Positions 13,133-27,490 of a stretch of DNA of 64,000 nucleotides are shown here, in pieces; the first letter of the stretch is position 1, and each line of letters opens with the position of its first letter. The notes beneath the pieces are model-generated. The model worked only from the letters and a program-made list of their open reading frames with translations. It had not been told where the DNA came from and made no database searches. Position numbers and translations under genes: made by a program. The stretch is from Eledone cirrhosa (taxonomy: Eukaryota), in contig OZ024742.1 of the NCBI GenBank assembly GCA_964016885.1, positions 178,932,001 to 178,996,000 on the forward strand, in the 5' to 3' direction.

Positions 13133-14153
13133 TTCTCAAATCAGGGGGCGATGATAAAGATAAAGCAACATAGAGTAACTTAGTAGCTTGGTATTTTATT
13201 TTATTAAATTTTGTTTCTCGTTTGTTTTTCTTGTTTTATTTTTGTTATTCTGTTTGATTATTAACATTGTTATTTTCGGTCTTTATTTATCATCGCTGTC
13301 ACCATTGTTATTGATGATGTTGCTGTTACTGCTGTTGTTGATGTGTGAGAGAGAGGATAAGGGCAGTGAAAGATCAGTATGGTTATGGACAATGGATAAA
13401 AAAAAAAGTAAAAGCGGGAGTTTTGTTAAAAGGAGGGACCTGGAGTGATGAGAAAAATGATCTGGTCGTAGATTACAGAATATATGGAGCAAATGAGGAA
13501 TATTTTAGAAGGGGTGAGGTACGTCAGATGGAAAATAGATCAAATTCAGAGATGTGATATATTGTAGATTATCAAATGTGGATTTTTAAAATTATCTTTT
13601 TCTTTCTTCATTTTCTATTTTCCTTTTTTTTTTTCTATTTAATCTTTAAGAAATGATTTAAGTTTAGAAGGAAGAAGATAAACCACAGATCAGCTGTTGA
13701 TCAACTGTGTTTTGTTAATTGTGACATGTTTCAAAGATGACAAAGCGAGGACACGCCATAGAAAACGTTTTGTTGGACAAATGATTAACATCAGCCTGAA
13801 GAAGACACAGGTAGAATGTAGATATATATGAACATTTCGCTTAACGTCTTGTTTCCGGATATTTTCTTTTTTTTCTTGCAATAAATATTGTTTTGTTAGT
13901 TTTTATTGTGTATTTGGTTGAAGATCAAAGTGTTGGAGTACGATTTATCAAAGTGGTGATCCATATCTGACGAACTTGCAGTGACATTTCAAAGCTCTGG
14001 AAAAGAAAAGAATGATAGGAAGACGATAAAATAAATAAGGTTTTCTGACATTAGTACAAAGTCATACATATATTTATAGAAAGGCTGGAAGTTGAAGTTG
14101 AAGTTAAGGTGTGTGTATCATCGATTGAGTTGAAGAGTGGTGGAACATAATAT

Positions 14154-14332
14154 AATTGTTTCTACTTTTGGCACAAGGCCAGCAATTACCAAGTGCATTA
14201 CTGGTACTTTATTTTATCGACCCCGTAAGGATGAAAGGCAAAGTTAACCTCGGCGAGATTTGAATTCAGACCATAAAGGGACGTAACTATGCTGGAAAGC
14301 ATGGTGTCCGACCCTCTACCGATACTGCCAAT
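14154..14332 (-). mobile_element. tRNA-derived SINE, full length
   Basis: Same sequence as 2694-2873, with A and B boxes. Confidence 0.9.
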
Positions 14333-14344
14333 CAACATAAGATA

Positions 14345-14680
14345 ATGATGATGATGGATCCTCCAGCTATTTCGACGATGAGCATTCAGTTGTTCGATCA
14401 ACTGAATGTACAACTCATGAATTAACGTGTAAGAGGTTGACACATGTACCCATAGGCTAACTCCCATGCTGGATCAACGTGTTACAATATGTGTGATGAG
14501 AAGACTCTTGAACTTCGGGTATACTCAATCTAACAGGTTTCCAGTTTCACTTCATTTCGCACACATGATTTGGGATGATTCAAGGCAATGATAAAGTATT
14601 TGCCCAAAACGATTGGCAGTGAGATCGAAACGAAGATTTTGTGCTTGCAAATCGAACCTCATAACCATTCAATCATACTT
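14345..14680 (-). mobile_element. Degenerate SINE of a second family
   Basis: ttgcccaa..gagatcgaa...aaccattcaatcat resembles the reverse of the tRNA head plus cttgggcaag core seen at 26150-26250. Confidence 0.5.
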
Positions 14681-14762
14681 CATGAAGTGTAAAATAACGT
14701 TCTAAGTGTACATTTCTTTATATTTGATCGAATGACGACAGATGAAAGATGAAAATAGGTAT

Positions 14763-14828
<66 letters not shown>

Positions 14829-14831
<3 letters not shown>

Positions 14832-15032
14832 AACAAGTATGACCCCGACGGCAGAGCTCAAGCCGTTTCGACGGCTATTTCTGGGCGGCTATTTCAGTCC
14901 AGAAATAGACGTCGAAACGGCTTGAGTTCTGCCGTCGGGGTCATACTTGTTCCTATTACCCATTCTGCTACCCTTAGTATTGAGTGCTTCGGTGCGTTAT
15001 GGTACATCTGGTTCCTTACCACTATTCCTTCG

Positions 15033-15069
<37 letters not shown>

Positions 15070-15232
15070 TAACAACAAAGAGGGTGTGGTAAGATACCAG
15101 GTGGTCTATAACGCACCAGAGTACTCAATACTTAGGGTGGCAGAGCGGGTAATAGGAGCCGTTTCGACAGCTAGATCCAAAACAGCTGTCGAAACGGCCG
15201 GAGCTCAATCGTCGCGGTCCTGACTCTTTTCC
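14829..15232. mobile_element. Family A fold-back insert: diverged copy (14829-15033) plus an inverted variant (~15071-15232), in (TA)n
   Basis: ~55-bp inverted arms aggaac...tttcgacggcta/...gtcgaaacgg...gttcct plus an ~80-bp tail ending ccttcgt. Confidence 0.85.
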
Positions 15233-15264
<32 letters not shown>

Positions 15265-15292
15265 AATATATATATATACACACGCACACACA

Positions 15293-15506
<214 letters not shown>

Positions 15507-15684
15507 TATACAGACACACACAACAGTATTTGGAGAGATAGTCTGCCAATTGTAGTTTTTTATTTATTTATTTGTTAGCCAACAATTTAAAAATAAGTTA
15601 CGATTGGTGGGCGTAATTTCATTGACAGAAAGAACTTTCTGAATCACACAGATACGCATGTTCACAAAAAATATATATGCATAT

Positions 15685-15801
<117 letters not shown>

Positions 15802-15818
15802 TATGTATCCATACATAC

Positions 15819-15849
<31 letters not shown>

Positions 15850-15861
15850 AATATATGTATC

Positions 15862-15920
<59 letters not shown>

Positions 15921-16449
15921 TAAAACAAACAAAAAAAAACAAAAACAATAGCGAAGAGTGCAGTACAAACAGCATTAGTATTAGGTTCACGCTTGAGAGT
16001 GATATATATATATATATATATATATTACATATATCTTTGACAAAGCCTATCCCATTCACTGAAATATCGTATAATAATCACCTTACAAAATCGAAAGCCA
16101 AATAATGGCCGCCCCTCGTGAATCATTTTTCTGATAGTTAATTAACGTGTAGCATGCCAAACTGTGTTTGATATAACGTTTTACACTATTGTGTATTGTA
16201 AATATGTAGGAAACTTGAGGAGCATTTATGAATGTCTGCTGTCGTGATGTATAACTTTTAGGTCTTTTGAGAAGGCTAAACAGAATACGCGGAGGAAATA
16301 TAATTATATTTCGTATAAACTTCTTTCTGTTTATCCGTATTTTTTAATTTTTTATTTTTGTAATTATTGTTGTAGATATCTTCATTTTATTTAAACTTAC
16401 ATATACATAAACATACGCACATAGATATATACGTATATATATATGTATA

Positions 16450-16491
<42 letters not shown>

Positions 16492-16498
<7 letters not shown>

Positions 16499-16521
16499 AT
16501 GCTTTGGGAGGGTCAGAAACG

Positions 16522-16594
<73 letters not shown>

Positions 16595-16777
16595 TCGTTT
16601 CTGACCCTCCCAAAGCATAACAATATATATATATATTTATAAATATATAATAAATTGAAGTGAAAGCAACTGGTGCGTGTGTTTCTTATTGGCAACATGA
16701 CCCTCCCAAAGTATAACAATATCGGTTTCAACACACGATTTCAGATAAAGAATCTTGCTAAACAAATTCAGAAACGA
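16492..16777. mobile_element. Family B pieces: mini inverted repeat enclosing (TA)n (16492-16625) and a 3' portion (16650-16777)
   Basis: accctcccaaag(c/t)ataacaatat and tcagaaacga are shared with 17591-17908 and 32480-32743. Confidence 0.85.
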
Positions 16778-17590
16778 TATATATATATATATACATATAT
16801 ATATTTAAGGCTAGAGTTGAGCAATCGAACGGAGGGAATGGCCCCCTGTTTAACAATAATCATAGATAACTCCTAACAATCCTTTTCATGTTTATATGTA
16901 CCAAAAAATCTATTTAAGTTATTGAATCAACACTTTCGTTTACTCACCTTTCCAACGTCTAAATATTCAACACTTTGACTGACTAATAACCTTCATTGTT
17001 TGTTTGGTTTACTATCGTATATAGAATATCACATTACACCTTTGTAATTTAACACATGAGATTATGATCTAATGATGCCCCCATCACTGAGATCAGAGAT
17101 CACTTCACCTCTATATATTTGTAAATACAAACTTGATACTGCAGTTTTACTTCTACTAAATTTCACTCACAAAACTATAGTAGAAGACTCTTGCCTAAAT
17201 TGCCCTACGCTGGGACTGAACCTGAAACTCCATGGCTGCAAACAAACTCTTTTACTCCACAGCGATGTGGAGTCAAACGTATATGTACGAGAATATAGAT
17301 ACTATTCATTAGATAATATAAAATATTTTCATTAGTTTAATATATATAATATTCATTAGTTAATTTTTCAACGTCAGTGAAAACAGATCTCAAAACTCCT
17401 CTCCAGGATCGTAAAATGAGGGAACCTTCGTTGGTTTCGACAATGAGAATTCGATCAAGGGAACTTTATATTTAAGTATAAGTGGGTGAAAATTCTACAG
17501 ACATGTGTACTCTTAATGTTATTTCCAAGCCGGATCAGCACAACATATAGGTACAATCGTATATATATGTCTATATCTATGTATATATAT

Positions 17591-17987
17591 ATATTGTTAT
17601 ACTTTGGGAGGGTCATGTTGCCAATAAGAAACACACGCACCAGTTGGTCACTTCAGTTTATTATAATAAATTTATAATAAATTTATAAATTTCTGGTTGG
17701 TTGGTTGGTTCCACAACCAGATAGTTGTTTATATATAGTCATAGTTTATAAATTTATAAATTTATTATAAATTTATTATAATAAACTGAAGTGAAAGCAA
17801 CTGGTGCGTGTGTTTCTTATTGGCAACATGACCCTCCCAAAGTATAACAATATCGGTTTCAACACACGATTTCAGATAAAGAATCTTGCTAAACAAATTC
17901 AGAAACGATATATATATATATATATATAGGAACAAGTATGACCCCGACGGCAAAGCTCAAGCCGTTTCGACGGCTAATTCTGGACTA
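17591..17987 (+). mobile_element. Family B fold-back insert (17591-17908) followed by a family A half-arm (17928-17987)
   Basis: Inverted arm attgttatactttgggagggtcatgttgccaataagaaacacacgcaccag mirrors 17801-17851; TA flanks. Confidence 0.85.
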
Positions 17988-18126
17988 ATATATATATATA
18001 ATATAGAAGTTGCTTCTACAGTAAAAGTACTGTCTCATTACTGTGGTTACCCTCGATTGAACCCGGGATAAACTTTTATATATATATACCATATATATAT
18101 ACCATATATATACCATACTAATTCAA

Positions 18127-18181
18127 ACTGCCTGAAGAGGTCACAGCCAAAGATGGCTGTCACTGAAATATATATAGCAGT
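18127..18181 (+). ncRNA. Minimal type I hammerhead ribozyme
   Basis: ACTGC-CTGAAGA-GGTCACAGCCA aaga TGGCTGTCACT-GAA-ATATATAT-A^-GCAGT; 5-bp stem I, paired stem II. Confidence 0.85.
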
Positions 18182-18225
18182 AATAAACGAAGCTAAATTT
18201 TAATCATTTGACTTTTATTTAACTT

Positions 18226-18296
<71 letters not shown>

Positions 18297-18313
18297 TGTA
18301 TATATACATACAT

Positions 18314-18347
<34 letters not shown>

Positions 18348-18459
18348 TGTAATAATAACGACAATGACCAAAATCCAGTGATGACATAAGTGGTATATAT
18401 ATATATATAGAGAGAGATGTATACAGTACACACACACACGCACACACACACACACACAT

Positions 18460-18496
<37 letters not shown>

Positions 18497-18499
18497 ATA

Positions 18500-18642
18500 T
18501 AGAAATGGCTTCTACAGGTCCAGAACTGTTTCATTCGAAGGAAATCCAACATATCTAGTCATTTCTATATTAAATATCTAATCTCTGCTATGTATTACGT
18601 ACCTTACTTACTGTGGTCACCCCAAAATTTAACACGGGATAA
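18500..18642 (+). mobile_element. Family C insert (diverged); a shorter relic lies at ~18004-18070
   Basis: ttctacagg..agaactgtttcattc arm plus tail tctgctatgtatt..gtaccttacttactgtgg. Confidence 0.75.
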
Positions 18643-18672
18643 ACACACACACACACGCACCACACACACTCA

Positions 18673-19070
<398 letters not shown>

Positions 19071-19206
19071 TATATTTTAATATATATATTTTCGAAACAG
19101 TTATTTATATATATAAATTCATAGAGCTAACATTTATTATTAGCGTATATTATACGGGATCTTCCGAAACCAGAAATTATTTGCTTATACTAAACTTGTG
19201 CTAATA

Positions 19207-19263
<57 letters not shown>

Positions 19264-19474
19264 ACGTGTATATATATGTTTTCCTGGGTCAGTTTTTTTC
19301 GTTGCTTTGGTCAATGCGGCTTGCTTATCGGTCGCTGTCTTCAATTTGCAAAGTTGTCTAAACGTAATGTTATACCTCTAAGGAAATATACCTTACTCAG
19401 TGCTTAGCTGCACATCCCGATTGCACTCGTTAGCTTAGCTGCAGCCAGAGCATCGATTATGCTGTACTAACTTT

Positions 19475-19562
<88 letters not shown>

Positions 19563-19567
<5 letters not shown>

Positions 19568-19755
19568 GGAGCTTCTACAGGACTAGTACTGTTTCATTCA
19601 GATGAAATCTTCAGGAATCTCTTGAAGATTTCATCTGAATGAAACAGTACTAGTCCTGTAGAAGCTCCTTCTATAAAATAAAAAAATTTTACTCTGCCAT
19701 GTATTGAGTACCTTACTTACTGTGGTTATCCCCGACTCAACCCGGGACCTACGTA
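19563..19755 (+). mobile_element. Family C fold-back insert (~55-bp arms) with a hammerhead-like core
   Basis: tagaaggagcttctacaggactagtactgtttcattcagatgaaatcttca and its mirror; core (C)TGAAGA tttca tc tgaat GAAACAGTA; stem I not evident. Confidence 0.85.
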
Positions 19756-20295
19756 TATATATATATATACACGTTAGGGGTTACCAATCTAGACTAATAA
19801 GACCATGTTCAGCTAAATACTTAATATTTAGGAAAGTACAGTATAGATATGCTGAAAGATTACTGTCCGGAGCCGCCAGGGAAATGTCGTATGCTATTAT
19901 GGCGCCCAAGAGTTACGGTTTAGATAAGATAAGACGACCTAATATAATGTAGATAAGAATCGTAGCAAAGCCAATCGTAGTAAAGCCAAATTTATTTTTG
20001 TGAAAAAGTCGTATCGTATTACATACAGTATTACATGTTATAGAGTAAGATATGATTTTGAACGCTGAACAAATATAAGACAAGGTATAATACTACTAAA
20101 TGAATCCATAGTACTAGGATCATTTCAAAGGACAAAATGAATTAAGATATTATTGATATATTGACTAATAGATAACAGATTGCAACTCCATAGTAAATAT
20201 ATGAATAATAATATATTTTGTCCTTTGAAACGATCGTAAAACAATGGGTCAATTCAGTACACGACTTTGTCTTATTTGTTTTCATTGTACAACCT

Positions 20296-20342
<47 letters not shown>

Positions 20343-20345
<3 letters not shown>

Positions 20346-20531
20346 AACCAGTAAGACCCCGACAGCTGAGCTCAAGCCGTTTCGACGGCTAATTCTCTTT
20401 GAGTTAGCCGTCGAAACGGCTTGAGCTCAGCTGTCGGGGCCTTACTGGTTCCTATTACCCACTCTACTACCTCAAGTATTGAGTACTTTGGTGCGTTATG
20501 GTCCACCTGGTTCCTTACCACATTTCCTTCG

Positions 20532-20532
<1 letters not shown>
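20343..20532 (+). mobile_element. Family A fold-back insert
   Basis: Consensus match; TA flanks. Confidence 0.92.
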
Positions 20533-20599
<67 letters not shown>

Positions 20600-20652
20600 A
20601 TTATATATATATGTACATATATATATATATATGTATGTTTTATATATATATG

Positions 20653-20737
<85 letters not shown>

Positions 20738-20739
<2 letters not shown>

Positions 20740-21057
20740 AGATCAAAAGATGGTTAAAAGAGTTGCAAGTATTTTATTATGCGCATTTCAAAAACAAATA
20801 TCATCATGGGATGATATTTGCGTTCTCATCAGATAAAATAGGGAGACATAATATGTAGCTTAAAAAACACTTGCGAGCAGTGAAGGGTTAAATCAACATA
20901 TGAAATAAACATTTGAAATGCGCATAATAAAATACTTGGAACTGTTTTAACCATCTTTTGATCTTATATTATTTATACTCCAGTCCTATAAAATGTTGAG
21001 TGCTACTTATCCGATATTTGCATTGCTTTATTGTGCTACAATAAAACTCACCTCCGC
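20738..21057. mobile_element. Family F fold-back insert (relatives at 46570-46690 and 59328-59597)
   Basis: ataagatcaaaagatggttaa...ttaaccatcttttgatcttat inverted arms plus shared tail ...acaataaaactcacctcc. Confidence 0.88.
20770..20840 (-). ncRNA. Minimal type I hammerhead ribozyme (family F)
   Basis: TATTTTAT-CTGATGA-gaacGCAAATATCATC ccat GATGATATTTGTtttt-GAA-ATGCGCAT-A^-ATAAAATA; 8-bp stem I, palindromic stem III. Confidence 0.9.
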
Positions 21058-21250
21058 TCACCCCCTTTTTTCTATATGTCTCTCCACCACTCCCCTACAC
21101 ACCCTTGGAACTCTCTTCCCACACACTTTTCACCTGAAGAAGGGCTTATGCCCGAAACGTCGTTCCCCACCACCACCCCACTCTCAAGAGCGTGAAACTA
21201 ATAAACCTTTGTTCGTACTGCCTCTCTGTTTTGTTCCCGTTCCATTTTTT
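21058..21250 (+). mobile_element. Family D insert with a hammerhead core at 21131-21163
   Basis: cac-CTGAAGA-aGGGC ttat GCCC-GAA-ACGT-C^gt; weak stem I; copies at 44826, 48457(-) and 50174. Confidence 0.8.
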
Positions 21251-21277
21251 ACTATATATATATATATATATATATAG

Positions 21278-21457
21278 TACGTTATTCCGGGTTGAATCGG
21301 AGGTAACCACAGTAAGTAAGGTACTCAATACTGATGATTTCTAAAGAATGAAACAGTTCTAGTCCTGTAGAATCTCATCTATATTAAAACTTTTATACTC
21401 TGCCATGTATTGAGTACCTTACTTACTGTGGTTACCTCCGATTCAACCCGGAATAAC

Positions 21458-21459
<2 letters not shown>
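21278..21459 (+). mobile_element. Family C insert: inverted 3' end joined to a direct copy starting at CTGATGA
   Basis: tacgttattccgggttgaatcggaggtaaccacagtaagtaaggtactcaata mirrors 21408-21460. Confidence 0.9.
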
Positions 21460-21510
<51 letters not shown>

Positions 21511-21769
21511 CATAGACACACATATATATTTTTTAAACGCACACGCACATATACACAAACACACATACGCACACACATATACACCCACACACACATACAC
21601 ACTCGCACACAAACGCACTCATACATATATATTTACTGCGTTTTTTTTGGCTTTGTCTTTCCTATGCAAATCCCTGATTTATTATTGGATTATGTGATAT
21701 TAATCTTACCAGCCCTACACACGATCACTGTTTTAGAACACCAAAGAGGGAAGACAGAAAACACTCCAC

Positions 21770-22019
21770 TCACACACCACACACACACGCTCTCTCTCTC
21801 ACACACACACTCTCTCTATCACTCTCTCTCACACACACTCCCTCTCTCTCTCACACACACACACACACGCTCTCTCTCTCTCACACACACACACTCTCTA
21901 CCACTCTCTCTCACACACACACACACTCTCTATCACTCTCTCTCACACACACACACTCTCTCTCTCTCACACACACACACACTCTCTCTCTCTCTCTCTC
22001 ACACACACACATACACACA

Positions 22020-22052
<33 letters not shown>

Positions 22053-22151
22053 ACTCTCTCTCTCACACACACACACACACTCTCTCTCTTTCACACACGC
22101 ACACTATCTCTCTCTCTCACACACACACACTCTCTCTCTCTCACACACACA

Positions 22152-22225
<74 letters not shown>
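21770..22225. repeat. Compound (CT)n/(CA)n satellite
   Basis: Direct reading. Confidence 0.95.
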
Positions 22226-22486
22226 GAAAGACACGGATACATAAAATAGAGAGAATGACACAGAAAGACATAGTAAGGGACAATTGGACCAAGCCCCCTA
22301 ATTATAGGGGATCGCCTACTCACTGGATTCATTTATTGCAAATATTAACGCCCAACTACCCCAGCTTATTGATGTGGAGGAGTAAAAAGTAAAATAAGGG
22401 CTGACTCCCTACGGTGAGGGGGTAGCGTAGACATACCCCCTCCTATGGTTCTCTTCTCTTATGTGGTTTATTTTATAAATCTTTTT

Positions 22487-23101
22487 ATGTATAAGTATGT
22501 ATGTATACGTGTGTATGTATGTATGTATGTATGTATGTATGTATGTATGTATGTATGTATGTATGTATGTATGTATGTATGTGTGTGTATGTATGCGTAT
22601 GTATGTATGTATATGTGTATGTATGTGTGTATGTGTGTATGTGTGTATGTATGTGTATGTATGTATGTATATATGTATGTATGTGTGTATGTGTGTATGT
22701 GTGTATGTGTGTATGTGTGTGTGTATGTATATATGTATGTGTATGTATGTGTATGTATGTATATATGTATGTATTTATGTATACGAATGTATGTATGTGT
22801 GTGCGTATGTGAATGTATGTATACATATGCATGTATGTTTGTACGTATGTGTATGTATGCATGTATGTATGTATGTATGTATGTTTGTATGTATGTATAT
22901 AGGTATGTATGCGTATGTATATGTATGTGTGTACGTATGTGTATGTATGTATACATATGTATGTATGTTTGTATGTATGTGTATGTATGTGTATGTATGT
23001 GCTTACGTAGGTGTATGTATGTTTGTACGTATGTGTACGTATGTGTATGTGTATGTATGTGTATGTATATATGTATGCTTGTGTGTATGTATATAGGTTT
23101 G

Positions 23102-23132
<31 letters not shown>

Positions 23133-23135
23133 GTA
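22487..23135. repeat. Degenerate (GTAT)n/(GT)n satellite
   Basis: Direct reading. Confidence 0.95.
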
Positions 23136-23448
23136 AGTAGATATATGTATATATGTTTTGGTTTTAGTATTTTATACGGGGTCGATAAAATAAAGTACCA
23201 GTAATGCACTGGGTAATTTGCTGGCCTTGTGCCTAAAGTAGAAACAAGTATTTTATAAACTTTCACCAATAGAAAGAGAGCCGGAGTTTACACAGCAGCA
23301 ACTACGTAAATATGTATGTGTGTCTGTATGTGTTTATGTGAGTGTGTGTGAGTGTGTATGTGTGTGCAGCAATGGATGATATTGCATATGGATCTGTATG
23401 TTCTGAATTATATGTCTACACGTTCATATGTTTCTGTATCTAAACGTG

Positions 23449-23511
<63 letters not shown>

Positions 23512-23633
23512 TAAATTTCTGAAATAGATAGATAGATAAATAGACAGAATGACGGATAGACATACAGATAGATAAGTAGATAGCTAGATACATAAATAGA
23601 TAGATAGATAGATAGATAGATATATAGATAGAT

Positions 23634-23669
<36 letters not shown>

Positions 23670-23707
23670 CGATACAAAGATAGATAGCTAGATAGATATA
23701 CAAATAG

Positions 23708-23785
<78 letters not shown>

Positions 23786-23810
23786 TATTACATAACTATA
23801 TATATATATA

Positions 23811-24660
<850 letters not shown>

Positions 24661-24789
24661 TCCTGATGATTTCTAAAGAATGAAACAGTTCTAGTCCTGT
24701 AGAATCTCATCTATATTAAAACTTTTATACTCTGCTATGTATTGAGTACCTTACTTACTGTGGTTCCCTCCGATTCAACCCGGAATAAC

Positions 24790-24790
<1 letters not shown>
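24661..24790 (+). mobile_element. Family C insert beginning at tcCTGATGA
   Basis: Near-identical to 21331-21459. Confidence 0.9.
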
Positions 24791-24828
<38 letters not shown>

Positions 24829-24888
24829 TAAAGTTAGTCCTTCATCAGTGATCTTCCAACCATCATTGGTATTACACACACACACACC

Positions 24889-24958
<70 letters not shown>

Positions 24959-25008
24959 AATTTCCTTATTAGCCACAAGGGCACAACAGAAGGTGACAAA
25001 TACAAATG

Positions 25009-25060
<52 letters not shown>

Positions 25061-25474
25061 GAGATACTTATGCACACGCACACACAGCAACACACATGTA
25101 TGATTACATAGACACATTCAAGCATGCATCATGCAATAACATGTACACACACACACAACACGCACACACAGACCGCAACACATACATGTATATACACATA
25201 GATAGAGAACAATGGCATGGCTCACACAGTAGGTGTCATAGTCCCACCCATGTGTGGGCGGCTGCATGTGTGTTTGCATAGACACGTGTGTATGAGTATG
25301 TAAGAGAGTGCGTGCGTGTGTGTGTGTTTGTGTATCTACGTGCGTGTGCGTGCGTGTATTGTAAAATATTTCTAATTTCAGATCCTTGCCTGAATATCTA
25401 GATTGATAAAGATCTAATAGCAACACACAATCACCTTTATAAATGTATACTATATATATATATTATATATATTA

Positions 25475-25879
25475 CTAGCAGAATGACCCGGCGTTGCTAG
25501 GGATTCTAAACATAGATCAGCATGTTTATCCCTCCTTTCTGAAACAGTTTCGTCGTATGTTCACCAGCTGATGCAGAAGTCCTAATAAAAAGTGAAGTCG
25601 CCTTGGGTGAATACGCAAATAATTTTCCATTAAGATTTTTCAAGAGCATGTAATTGCGTTCCCTTTCATTTTTGTTGTTGTTTTTTGTTGTTGTTTGCTG
25701 CCGTTGGTCGAACTACTAACACAGTCTCGCCGTTCTTCATCCAATCAGAAATATTATTTGCTCAAAACACTCACATGACCATAAGTATTACATGTGTAAA
25801 GTTTGAAAAACATCGGTTGGGTGGTTCTCGAGTTTTAGGGAGTCAGACAGACAGACAGACTGACATTCTCTGTTTTAGA
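25475..25879 (-). mobile_element. Non-autonomous Helitron
   Basis: Minus strand A|TC...(GTCT)n...hairpin CCCTAGCAACGCCGGG...CTAG|T: 5' TC, 3' CTAG, subterminal hairpin, AT target, no TSD. Confidence 0.8.
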
Positions 25880-25947
25880 TATATATATTATATATATATA
25901 TATTATATATATATATATATAGTATATATATATATATTATATATATT

Positions 25948-26251
25948 AAAAGTAAGGGTAAAGGCCCCCTTCGGTTACGAATGACCATGAGATTTGCACC
26001 AAGAAAGATCCCTTCTGTGGAAGAACAGCAGTCACTCGTGTATACCAGTCTACCCTCCCCACGCCACCGATGTTGTCCAAGGATACAGCTTGGCATCAGT
26101 GACGTCGCAACTCATTTCTACACCTGAGTGAACTGGAGCAACTTCAAATAATGTATCTTGCCCAAGATCACAACGCAAAGCACGGTTCGAGAAACGAACG
26201 CGCAATCTCACGATTGTAAGCCCGACGCTCTAACCACTCAGCCATGTGCCT
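25948..26251 (-). mobile_element. tRNA-derived SINE (longer family); second copy at ~26930-27155
   Basis: Minus-strand head aggcacatggctgagtggttagagcg...gttcgtttc then cttgggcaagatac; shared body gatgttgtccaa...cagcttggca. Confidence 0.8.
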
Positions 26252-26404
26252 TCACATATGTATATATATATTAAAAAAAAATATATATATTTAGAGAGAA
26301 AATTACCTGTTTATGTCACTGTTGTAATTATTTATACTGAACTCGCCCTATGGACTGAGTGCTCTTACTCTTTTAGTGGATATTTCCACTATACTTTTAC
26401 TTCA

Positions 26405-26448
<44 letters not shown>

Positions 26449-26462
26449 GTATAACGTTATAC

Positions 26463-26534
<72 letters not shown>

Positions 26535-26542
26535 CGTTATAC

Positions 26543-26583
<41 letters not shown>

Positions 26584-26607
26584 AAGATATATCTATTATA
26601 TACATAT

Positions 26608-26653
<46 letters not shown>

Positions 26654-26656
<3 letters not shown>

Positions 26657-26838
26657 AACCGGTAAGACCCCGACGGCTGAGCTCAAGCCGTTTCGACGGC
26701 TAATTAGAATTAGCCGTCGAAACGGCTTGAGCTCAGCCGTCGGGGTCTTACCGGTTCCTATTACCCACTCTACTACCCCAAGTATTGAGTACTTTGGTGC
26801 GTTATGGTCCACCTGGTTCCTTACCACATTTCCTTCGT
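26654..26838 (+). mobile_element. Family A fold-back insert
   Basis: Perfect arms around a 2-nt centre (taatt-ag-aatta). Confidence 0.92.
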
Positions 26839-27349
26839 TATATATATATATATATATATATGCGTGTGTAAAGATCAATATATAACGGTGACTGGTGGTT
26901 TCTTCTTCCCTAATCTTTTTTTTTCTTGAAGACCAGCAGTTACCCATTCATGTCCGCCTCTACTCTCCACGCCATTGATGTTGTCCAAAGGAAAGGAAAA
27001 GAACTATACAGCTTGGCACCAGTGATGTTGCAACTTATTTTTTCTTGCTGAATGAAATAAAGTATCTTGCTCAGGAACACAACGCACTGTCCGATCCGGG
27101 AATTGAACATAACCTCATGATTGTGCGACCAACACTCTAACCACTAAGCCACGCGTCTTGTAAATATCTCTCTTCTCTTTCTATTTTAACTCGTAACTCA
27201 TGATGAAGTCGTACGAGTGCCATATTAGCATATGCGTTTCTTGAGCATTTTAAACTTGGCAGAGCCTCTCTCCAGGTCTGAACGCGGCTGATTTCTTCCA
27301 GAGAAAGAGAGAAAATGATAGAGAAAAAGTGAGAGAGAGATATAAGGGA

Positions 27350-27490
27350 AGAATCCACCCCAGTACTGGACTGATATATCTTTCTTTTTAACCTTGAAAG
27401 GATGAAAGGCAAAGTTGTCCTCGGTGGAATTTGAACTCAGAAAGCAGAGAACCCGAACGAATACCACAAAGTATTCTATCCGACGCCAAT
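27350..27490 (-). mobile_element. Diverged SINE; similar relics at ~28280-28430, ~30000-30200, ~36450-36570 and ~47885-47990
   Basis: ggatgaaaggcaaagtt...cggtggaatttgaactcag. Confidence 0.75.

Noticed and set aside
13795-14010. Isolated CTGAAGA/CTGACGA boxes (also ~23945 and ~40497)
   Set aside because: No compatible stems or properly placed GAAA-UH; chance matches
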